A stretch of DNA of 54,670 nucleotides, the filler included, from Jimgerdemannia flammicorona (lineage: Eukaryota): the NCBI GenBank assembly GCA_003990765.1. It is 3 parts of 3 records of this genome, joined end to end, with 100 filler letters (N's around TTAATTAATTAA, not from the genome) between each part and the next. Parts side by side here need not be neighbours in the genome. Positions count along the whole stretch, not along the records: positions 1 to 18,159 come from RBNJ01002281.1; positions 18,260 to 36,415 come from RBNJ01002282.1; 1 more part is not named here. One strand, written 5' to 3'. Within the stretch, counting starts at the first letter, position 1. Each line of letters begins with the position of its first letter. Of this stretch, positions 12,030 through 21,799 are shown in pieces. The notes under the pieces are model-generated. The model did no database searches. It was given only the letters and a program-made list of their open reading frames with translations, and had not been told where the DNA came from. The translations under genes and the position numbers were made by a program.

Positions 12030-13330
12030 TTCGATTAGTAGTCTGGAGATTGCATCAGCAACAATATTTTTCTTGCCAGGGTGGTACTAGATTTCGTAGT
12101 CAAAGTTGGTGAGGACTTTTATCCATCTGGCTTGTTTTTGAGAAAGGGTAGCCTGTGTCTTGATGTTGACTAATGACTTGTGGTCAGTCAATACAGTGAA
12201 GTGTACTCCTTCTAAGTATGGTTGCCATTTGATCAGAGTGTCTACGATGGCTAGCATTTCCTTCTCATGAGTTGTGTAGTTGATTTTGGCATCATTGAAC
12301 TTGTGGGAGTGATAGGCCACAGGGTGTCCTTCTTGCATGAGCACTGCTCCAAGAGCTAGGTCAGAGGCATCAGTAGTGACTTCATATGGTAGGTACGCAG
12401 GATTTGCTGGTTGAAGTACTGGAGTGGTTATCAAGGCATCCTTCAGTGCTTGAAAGGTGGTATCTTGCTCAGGTCCACAATTTACAAGATTGTTGAAATC
12501 TTTCTCTTGTTTCATGGTCCAGGGTTGTTCTTGTTTCTTGCTGTACTTGGTCATTTGGGTGAGGGCAGTAGCAATTTTAGCAAAGTTGGCAACAAATCCC
12601 CTGTAATAGTTTGCTAATCCCAGGAATGACTGGAGGTCTTTCAGCTTCTTGAGTCTGGGCCAATCTTTGATTGCAGAGATTTTGCTGGGGTCCACTTTGA
12701 TTCCATTTGGAGTGACAATGTGTTAAAGGAATTGAATTTCTTTCAGGAGAAATTTGCACTTGCTGAGTTTTGCAAAGAGTTGGTTTTCTCAGAGTTTCAG
12801 TAGTACTAATTCAAGGTGTTCAAGATGTTCCTCCAGAGTTTTGCTGAAGACTAGGATGTCATCAATATAGACAACAACGAATTTGTCCAGGTATGGATGC
12901 AGAATGGTATTTATCAGTGTCTGAAAGGTTGCTGGGGCATTAGTTAAGCCAAAGGGCATAACCAGGAACTCAAAGTGTCCATAGCGAGTTTGGAAGGCTG
13001 TCTTGTAGATGTCTTCTCCTTTCATAGCAATTTGCCAGTAACCATTTTGTAGGTCAAAAGAGCTCATGAATTGTGAGTTGGTAAGTCTATCAAATATTTC
13101 ATCAATCCTCAGTAGTGGGCAACAGTTCTTGATGGTCTGTTCATTGAGATCACGATAGTCAATGCACATTCGCAGGTCTCCTCCTTTTTTGACAACAAAG
13201 AGGACTGGTGCACCATAGGGTAATACGCTGGGTCTGATGAATCCTTGTTCTAGGAGTTCATCAATTTCTTTCTTGAGTGTATTGATTTCTCTCAGAGACA
13301 TGTGGTAGATTGACTTGAAGACTGGTTTGG
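12030..13330 (-). pseudogene. Reverse transcriptase + RNase H (copy B)
   Basis: ORFs 12789..13301 ([17 protein letters not shown]) and 12087..12695 (VTTDASDLALGAVL, EKEMLAIV, TDHKSL). Confidence 0.96.
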
Positions 13331-13639
13331 TATCTGGGATAGTCTTGATTGCATGGTCTACTGCTCGTTTGGGAGGTAGGTCTTTTGGGAGCTTCTTTGG
13401 GAATATGTCTCGGAATTTCTGAAGTAGTGGTCAGATGTAGCTGTCAACTTTGGAAAAATCTTCTTCAGAGTTCTCGGGTTCTCCTTTGGATGGACGGATG
13501 GAGATGGTGAAGGGAGGGCATTTCTTGGCCAATTTCTTGAGTTGTAGCTTGTTGATGTGGGGGATCTTTGGTCCGGGGTCACTAGAATTAAGTGGGTCCT
13601 TTCTGCCTTGCAGTTTGAAGTTGTGGCATCCTTTTTTGA

Positions 13640-13970
13640 TGGTCAGAGAATGGTTTACCCAATTGATCATAGGGTTCTCTTATTTCAACCATGGGGTTCC
13701 AAGGATGATTTCATTGTCAGGGAGTGGTACAATCTGGAGGGTAATATGTACTCAGTAGTTGCCAATTCGGAAAGGTAGATTGCAGACTTCTTTGCTAATA
13801 ACATATGAGGTTCTATTAGCTGTAGCAACTGCTTGAGTTTGCTGTACTGAGAAGGTGAAGACCTTGAGTCTGTTGGCTGTCTCATCATTGATGAAGTTGC
13901 TTGAGGTACCACTGTCTATCATGATCTTGACAGGTGCTCGATTGACAAAAGCCTTAAGTGTAAGCAGTTT
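13640..13970 (-). pseudogene. Aspartic protease (copy B)
   Basis: IMIDSGTSSNFI active site and downstream IILGTPWL. Confidence 0.92.
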
Positions 13971-14189
13971 GTCTGATCCAATGTTGGTGATTTCAGTTGT
14001 TTGAGCTTTCCTTCTGTTAGTTCTTTTTTGAGCCAGTTCATTGACACAAGAGAAGCAATCATCAATCATTCAGGAAGAGTACATTCCAATGCTGTAAGGG
14101 CATCGGTCACTTGGTACATATCCATCTTCGATCTTCTTGTAGAATTGTTCCTCTTTGCTCATGGTAGGTTGGGCTGGGGCCTTGTTTGA

Positions 14190-14600
14190 TGAGCCAAATC
14201 CTTTGGATCCTCGGATAGTGGGCAGTAGTTCAGGGACTTCCTTGACTGTCAGGGTTGACTCGATTTTTTCGAATAGGATCTGGGCAATGCAGAAACCAAT
14301 AGAGATCTTGAAGGGTGTCCAACTGTGGTTTCGAATGAGGACAATGATTTCGCCTGTATAATCCTCATCAATGACTCCTCCTTCTACTGAGAGTCCTTTC
14401 AGTGCTAGGCTGCTGCGTCAGCATATTCTTCCAATATGTCCTTCAGGGATTTGGATACTGATTCCTGTGTAGACCTGTTTGACTTCTCAGTTGGAAACTG
14501 TAGCTTTTTTGGCTGCATACAGGTCATATCTAGCTGCTTTTTGACTTCCTTTAGTTGGGGCCTTAGCAGTTTGCCTTAACTTAACAAAGTCTAGTGTTCT
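14190..14600 (-). pseudogene. dUTPase between Gag and protease (copy B)
   Basis: KAPTKGSQKAARYDLYAA...GHIGRIC*RSSLALKG..VEGGVIDEDYTGEI..IAQILF...RGSKGFGSS. All five dUTPase motifs are present. Confidence 0.93.
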
Positions 14601-14609
14601 GGTGGTCAG

Positions 14610-16582
14610 GTTGTTGAGGTGGTGCAGAGTGGTAACAGTTGCTCATGTTGCTGTTCAGGGTTTTCAGTTGGGGCAGGCACTGGCCATGTGTCCTGTCTTT
14701 CGACAATAGAAGCATGCTCCACTTCTTCGAAGTTTGTTCCTTTCACCTTCAGTAAGTTTCTTGAAGGTACTTGGCTGGGTGGGTTCATGATTTCTGGGTG
14801 TCCAAGAGGTGGATGTGGAGGGAGCTCGAGATGCTTCATGCTTGGGTTCTTCTTTCTTGGTCCACATCCTTTCCTTGTTGTTAAATTGTCTTTTGGGCAG
14901 AATTGGTCCAGCTGTTAGAATTCGCTTGACCATGGTCTTGATTCTTACTAGGCACCATTGTTGGTGATCACAACCAACTGGGCGGCCTTGTTCTCGGATT
15001 TTTCTGGTAAGCCATTCAGGCAGGGCATCGAATAAATGGTCTGCTCTTGTACCATTTTGTGCTTCATTGTTGGCAATATATCTTAGGCCAACAGTGTTCA
15101 GGAGTGACTCAAGTTTTGTACAGAAGGTTTCAAATTCTTCTTTGCCATGTACATCAAATTTGAGGTTGTGGAGTTTTACTCAAGATTCGGCTATCATAGT
15201 TTCGCTGCGGTATTGAGCAATCATGAGTTGTTTGAGTCCAGGGGCTGCAGGATGGGCTCCATATCCTGGGGCATTGTTTGCTGCATTCTGAGCAACTACT
15301 GCAGGTTGGGTATCCCATGTGAGGGGTTTTTCAGGAAGGGTTCACCACCATTCTTCAGCAGGTCCTCGGAAGAATGTAACAACTCGGTGGACATAGGCTG
15401 TAGTGGTAGCAAAGAGTTGTTCCAGAGTGTGGTCTTGATTGTTTGTCAGAACGTGGTCAGTAACTCGCTCATTGGTCCATTGATTGGCTTCGAAGTTGGT
15501 GTCCACTATACTAATGAAGCTTTGGACTTCTTGTACAGTACCATTGAAGGTAGGTAGGCTCAGATTTTTGGTAGGTCGGGTCTGTTCAGCTAAGGTAGTA
15601 ATGGTTGCTGCCATTATAGCTACTTGGGCTGTGAGGTCTAGAATCTGTTGGTTTGCCATGTTGGCTGCTGGAGGCGGTTGGACTACTGGTAGTGGTGTTA
15701 CTGGTACTACTTGAGGTACTGGTGCAGAGTGTGATGGAGTTCTTTGGGTCTGTGTAAGTTGCTGGAGTAGTAGTTGTGGATCTGGAGTGAGGACTTGATA
15801 GATAGCTGTTTGTTGCTGTGTAGGTGTATTCTGTCCTGATGGATGTGTGTCTCCTTCGGTGGTGTATCCGGGATCGAATTCGGTGAGATACTCCTCCTCT
15901 TCTTCGGTTTGGTCCCCATGTAATTGGGTTTGCTTGGCATCAAAGTAGACAGAATCAGTTGTATATCTGATTTCAGATGGACTTAATTCAAAGTCAAGTT
16001 CAGGTTTGGTATTGGTTTCAGATTCAGGTAGGGTTGTAGCAGGGCCTGCTTCAGGTTCGGGGTCAGGTAGTTGATGAAGGGCTTCTCTTGCTTCTTCCTT
16101 AAGGATATGGCAGGCCTTGCTGTTCTGGAATCGGTAGTATAAGGTGGTCTTGGTCCTGGTGCGGTGAAAGTCGGTAGAGTTGAGCCACTTAGCTACAGAG
16201 GCTTGGGCTTCGTGAGGAACTAAGGCTAAAAAGACTGCTGCTGGTTATCCTAGGTCGCTCAGATTTGTGAAGCTGACAAAACTCTTGTTGAGAAGAGTAA
16301 AGAAGGCTTCGATAAGACCTTCTTCATTGTGACTTGCTGGGTGTAGTGCAAGGAGTTCGGTGAATAGGGTTTTGCCTATTTGCTGGTTTAACTTGAGTAC
16401 TTCTTTCTTAGAATGAAGTTTGTCCCACTTGTTGCAGGTATGGAGGTCAAATTGTCCTTGTACGTCAGGTTCAATTCTCTTCAGATTGTCGGATGGTTCA
16501 GGATAAATTCCAGTTCAGAGGTTGGGCTTTATACCAACTTGTAGGAATTTGCAGAAGGGTTTGTAGTGGGGTGAGGAAGCAT
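14610..16582 (-). pseudogene. Gag with long N-terminal extension and CCHC knuckle (copy B)
   Basis: LPTFNG..FRGPAEEWW capsid-like region (15342..15659) and CFYCRKTGHMASAC knuckle. The upstream reading frame extends ~300 codons toward the PBS once stops and an indel are corrected between copies. Confidence 0.8.
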
Positions 16583-16606
16583 CTTGAAGCGGAATTGGAT
16601 TGTAAA

Positions 16607-16618
16607 CCGCTGCTACCA
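16607..16618 (-). other. Primer-binding site, initiator tRNA-Met type
   Basis: TGGTAGCAGCGG lies 3 nt inside the 5' LTR end (…CTTACA ACT TGGTAGCAGCGG). TGGTAGC is the complement of eukaryotic tRNA-iMet 3' ends. Confidence 0.8.
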
Positions 16619-16621
16619 AGT

Positions 16622-17872
16622 TGTAAGAGGGTTACTTTTTTGGGTGACTGTTACGTAGTTCTGGAAAGGTTTTCTGGATATTCTGGATGTTCTGGAAGAC
16701 CGTTTTCTTATGGTCAAGATCAATTTCGTATGGAGTATGTCCTCTACACTTATTGATTTCAAGATCGGGTTGACGTCTCAATCAAAGTCCTTTTCTGGAC
16801 TAGTTCTGGATGTTCAGGATTTTTCGTATTTCAGGAAGTTCAAGAAACTAAGACCAGCTTAGTTGAATTGGCATATCGCTGCAGACAATACCCAATTAGG
16901 AAATTTCGTGATGGGGTTAGGAGTAGGACCTAACAGGGAGCTGATTTACTTAAGAGTGGGTTGTGGGTTATTAAATAGGTTTATTCGCTATTCATGATAT
17001 TGCTATACTAGGAGTATTTGTGTGAAGGGATATTGTGGGGAAGTGCTCAGGAGTTGTGTTTGGATTGTTCAAGTCTTTCAAGTCTGAGATTCTGAGGTCT
17101 GGGGGAGGGAGTATTTATACTAGTGAGGGGCTATCTGGACTATGCTAGATATGGGTGTAGCACTAAGTGCCTTGCTGAGTCGGAATGCAGTCACATAGTA
17201 CAAGTGTGATCTGACATGTCAAGAGATCGTCTGACTGCTGAGTCAGTTCACAGTCACGTCGTATAAGGCTAATCTATCTATACTATGACTGCTAGACTAT
17301 TTATAGGTTTAGGCACTGTCTGGGTAGTCTTCGATGACATCACCATCAATTGCATCATCTCTAATGAAGTAGTCGTCTAGGAAGAGTGGTTTGCAGATTA
17401 CTTCTCCTTGTTGGCTGAGGTAGTAATATATTGGAACTTTATCTCCATCCCACAGGATAGCATCGTCTGTTTTGTATGCCAGATAAGGTGTTGGTGGGCG
17501 AAGGATGGGTGTATTGTCTTTGCTTTCATCGGATTCGCTGTCTGCATACCTTCTATAGATTACAGCACTATGAGTTGCAGGATTGTAGTAAGCTGGCAGT
17601 TGTGATTCATGTCGCTCGTATTCAGGTGGTGGGGTGGTTGATTCAATCTCGAGGGTTGTCTGGAGGTACAGATTGTGTTCTCCAGTCTCTTCATTGTAAT
17701 TGAAGTAATTGGGAGCGAATGCAGGTTAGTATTCGTGCCAGTGGTCATTGTCCCAATAAGTCTTGTAGGCGGTTATGAACTGTTGTAAGTTCATCGGCAA
17801 GGTTGGTGGCGTGATCAGGGTTGGCAGAGATCCTTGGCTTGAGGTCATGTCAGCATCAGAGGGATCATTGTC
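16622..17872 (-). repeat. 5' LTR of copy B (truncated by LINE insertion at 17873)
   Basis: Begins TGTAAGAGGG at 16622. Homology to the other LTRs stops abruptly at 17872. Confidence 0.9.
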
Positions 17873-18159
17873 CGTGACCAGCCACATCTCTCTCCACTAC
17901 AATTCACGTTACACACACTTTTCAACACACTTTCGAAGCATTTATTGGAGAAAAGATACTAAGGCAATGTCAACCAGCAAGCAAGCCGACGTGCGTCCTA
18001 GGTCGGGTGGACCTGGGGCCTTCGACTGGCAGACTGTCGGGAGAGGGTATGGTTTGGGGATGGGGTCCTTCGGTGGCTCGAGTGGGCAGAGTGGCTCAGG
18101 CAGTGGAAGTGGCACTGGTGGGGAGGCTGGAGGGAAGCAGGGGAGGAGCTTTGCGGACA
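17873..18159 (+). mobile_element. 5' end of a young LINE (5' UTR + ORF1 start, ATG 17967), cut by contig end
   Basis: The UTR resembles those at 30670 and 38469 (caacactttcga...). MSTSKQADVRPRSGGPGAFDW...GRSFAD parallels GGPGAFGW...SFVDK of ORF1. CpGs are retained. Confidence 0.8.
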
Positions 18160-18259
18160 NNNNNNNNNNNNNNNNNNNNNNNNNNNNNNNNNNNNNNNNN
18201 NNNTTAATTAATTAANNNNNNNNNNNNNNNNNNNNNNNNNNNNNNNNNNNNNNNNNNNN
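18160..18259. other. Artificial contig spacer
   Basis: 44 N + TTAATTAATTAA (stops in all six frames) + 44 N. Confidence 0.97.
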
Positions 18260-18672
18260 GCCAGAACCATGCTCGCCGGGAAGCTCGCCAAAGCCAGAGG
18301 GCCCCACCACAGGCACCAAGGACCTGCAGGTAACCTACACTGAGCACTTGACGCCCAAGGTCGGCCGACTCCCTACGTAGCCCGAGACACACCGAGACAA
18401 CTCCTTGTTGGCGACGGCAAAAGGAAGAAGGCACTGCACCAAAACGGGTACACCCCAGATGCAGCTGAAGGCACCAGAATCCGCAAAAAAGTGGAGAAAG
18501 CACCGATCCGACACCGATAAAGGGGCAACTCATCACCATTGCCCTCCTCCCACCATGCCCCTACAGGCACAGCAAACCAACCCGAGGTAGAGGGGGTAAT
18601 ATTAGGGGAAAGGGGACTCGGAAGGTCACCTACCAAACCTTGTAACCGGTAAGGTAGCGGAGAAAGGAGGCG
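18260..18672 (-). repeat. Young partial copy of the non-coding retroposon at 19315-20482
   Basis: Colinear with ~20070-20480 but retains CpGs. Confidence 0.8.
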
Positions 18673-21600
18673 AAGAACTAATTATAGTTACAAAACTAAT
18701 ATCTGTATATTATAGATATAAAAGACATTAATAGAGATATAAAATAGTAAGTATAATAAGAGTAATATATAAATAAATTAAAGAATATATATATTAAAAA
18801 GATTATAGAATATAAGTTTTGAATAATTGATAACTATTTCTTGAAAACTATATTAATAAATATAATAAAAATAAAATAATAAACAATATAACTTTATAAT
18901 ATATTTTTATAAACTTATCTATAAATATTAAAATTGTTTAATAAATAAGATATTATTACTTATTACTATTAGATAAAAATATAATTACAATTAGTAATTT
19001 AGGCAAAATAATAATAGTAAGTAATTACTAATATAGTCTGAACTTCAGTTTAAATTTATTAAGCTAGAAATAGAAAAGAGATAGAGAAAAATAATTAGAT
19101 AAGAGATTCTGATATTAATTAAGATAGATATTAATAAATCTTATACATACTTATATATAAAATAAGAATAAAGATCTCTTATACTTATTGAGTTTAGATA
19201 TATCAATTTATTTTGAATATTTCTTGAGCTCTAATTTTCAATATAAGAATAATTAATAAAGTACTTCTATTTAATAAATAAAGTTTTAAAAAATAAAAAA
19301 TAAACTTGATATATTATTATTATTATTATTTTTAATGGACTCATGTCTCATAGATTTTTATTGAAAGGGAACCTAGACTATATAGGCCAAAACCCTCCTC
19401 TACCACCCACCAAGCACTGCCCCCTCATTAACCTAGGCTAGCTATTGTCTAGCAGCTCAACCATACCAGACCAATATAGGCCCATACCTCATTCTGTGCA
19501 CCATGCTCTCCCTACTACCAGGGGAAACCCAACCATATACCAATGACCAAAAGCACATGCCTGAGAACCCAATATATATACAAGGCTATGCCTGAGCTAA
19601 ATAGAATAGTCCCTGCTACCCCAAAGAGAATGACAGATAAAGAAAAACTCTCATCAAAGCACAACATAGTGGGTAGGGCCTAGTTCTCTCAGTTGAGATG
19701 AGTAAAGGACTTACACATAAGGCAGGAGAAAACCCCCAATACCCCACTACTCAAGCCTGCAGGCCTCAATCACATTGCCGTGTCAGCTCCCGGTTCCAGT
19801 TGAGTGTAGCCAAGATACCTGAAATAGGTCTCAACCCTCTCTGACAACTGGGGCCCAATTCTGCTGACTGCCAAAAGAAGCTGAGAGTGATACCTACTAC
19901 CTAATCATACCGTACCAATCAAAAGGCCCCACTGAAGCAGCATCTGCCCCAGCCCCAATGACTGCCCCCAGCCTGGCACCCTACTGGTTCACCGTTATCA
20001 CCCTTCCTCCTATCTATAATGGCCATCTCCTCTCCCATCCTGACAATACCCAAAAAACAGTCATCTATGTCCGAACTGTGCTCACTGGGAAGCTCACTAA
20101 AGCCAGAGGACCCCACCACAGGCACTGAGGACCTGCAGGTAACCTACACTGAGTACTTGACACCCAAGGTTGACTGACTCCCTATGTAGCCTGAGACACA
20201 CCGAGACAACTCCTTATTGGCAATAGCAAAAGAAAGAAGGCACCACACCAAAACGGGTGCATCCCAGATATAGCTGAAGGTACCAGAATCTATTAAAAAG
20301 TGGAGGAAGTACCGATCTAATACCAATAAAGAGATAACTCATCACCATTGCCCTCCTTTCACCATGCCCCTACAAGCATAGCAAACCAACCCGAGATAGA
20401 GGGGGTAATAATAGGGGAAAGAGGACTCAGAAGGTCATCTATCAAACCTTGTGACCAGTAAGATAGCAGAGAAAGGAGCATATGATATATCATTATTTAT
20501 TAACTATAATAAAACAATTACTAAAATAGGTAATACTTAAGTTTAAAATTACTTAAAAGTAGATATTTATTATAAATATCTATTACTTTATCTTTCTGAT
20601 AATATTGTTTTTAAAATATAAAAATCTCATCTATAAGTATATTTATAATAAACTTTTCAATATCTACTTACTACTCTATCTTAAATATTTTCTTATCTTT
20701 ATACTAAAAATGTTAACTGATTATATATGAGTATATAATACTGAAGCCTATAGTATAGAGGAAAAAAGTTCTAATTGATAAGGTTCTCAGCTACTCTACT
20801 ATTAATAAGTACTTAAATTTATTCTTTTTATTTAACTAAGTCTATAAAGATATATATAACTTATATTGAGTTTTTAAATAAACTTACTACTTGATCTGAA
20901 CTATTAAATTCTTTTTATTTTACTTAATTAATATTAATTTTTTAACTATATAATCTTAATTCTTCTAATTAATAAATAAGATTTAAACTTAGCTATAGAA
21001 GTTTAAGTTAATAATAATATTATTAATATCTTATATAATAATCTTTTAGCTATTAGACTATAATTTTAATAAATATTAAACTTCTTTCTTATATAGAAAT
21101 AATAACTTATTTAACTAAGTATATATTAAGTCAAATAGTTTTTTCTTATTGATATTACAGAATCTGAGTTTTTAGATAAAATTTCTTGATCTTAAATTCT
21201 GATTAACTTATAGAGTTGAGAGATATATTTTTAAAAAATATAATGAATTATCTAAATAGTTTATTTAACTTTTTAGTAAATTTAATTATAATATTTCTAG
21301 TCTAATAATAGAAAAATATAATTTAATTTTTTTTATTTTATTTTATTTTATTTTTTTTAAATATAAACTTATATTTTTTTATTATTAAAAGATTTTAAAT
21401 CTATAGATATATTCTTATTTTAAATATTATAATATTATAATATTAAGAATATTATAAAATATAATTAAAAGAGAGCAAATTTGGAATTTTATATACTATA
21501 TTATAATTATTAATAATATAAATATATAGAGATATTTACTTAAGCTAGAACTATTATATAATAAAATTATTATATAAAAAATTACTTATATAACTTTTTT

Positions 21601-21790
21601 TAAAAGAATAATATACTAATATAATATATATATTTATAAAATTATTACAATATTATTTAAAGATAAATATACTTATTTATTTAATATCTATTATAATAGT
21701 TGATCTAAATTAAGAATAATAATTAGAGGATAGATATTTGATCATAGTATCTTCAATATAATATAGTATTATAGTTTAGCAGTCACTCAA
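18673..21790. repeat. Extremely AT-rich hypermutated TE relic (interrupted by the 19315-20482 insertion)
   Basis: Almost devoid of C/G, with an excess of TpA and no long ORFs. Confidence 0.6.
19315..20482 (-). mobile_element. Putative non-autonomous retroposon (~1.15 kb) with AATAAA and (AAT)n tail
   Basis: GC-richer block in AT-rich DNA. Plus strand (TAT)n at ~19313-19330 and TTTATT at ~19357. Flanked by TGATATAT at 19307-19314 and 20483-20490. A second copy lies at 18260. Confidence 0.65.
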
Positions 21791-21799
21791 TCTCTTAGT

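Larger units (their letters stand above)
8388..17872 (-). mobile_element. Chromovirus-type Ty3/Gypsy LTR retrotransposon, copy B (near full length; 5' LTR truncated by a LINE)
   Basis: Order on the minus strand: LTR, PBS, gag with CCHC, dUTPase, PR, RT, RNase H, integrase, chromodomain, PPT, LTR. LTR termini TGTAAG...CTTACA. Confidence 0.95.

Noticed and set aside
18160..18259. TTAATTAATTAA palindrome within N runs (also 36416-36515) as a biological motif, and ORFs that run into it
   Set aside because: The identical 44N-12-44N format is an assembly spacer, so ORFs ending in LIN are artefacts.
18673..21790. AT-rich tract as mitochondrial insertion or centromeric satellite
   Set aside because: No organellar genes or tandem periodicity are seen. 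It grades into recognisable mutated Gypsy sequence.
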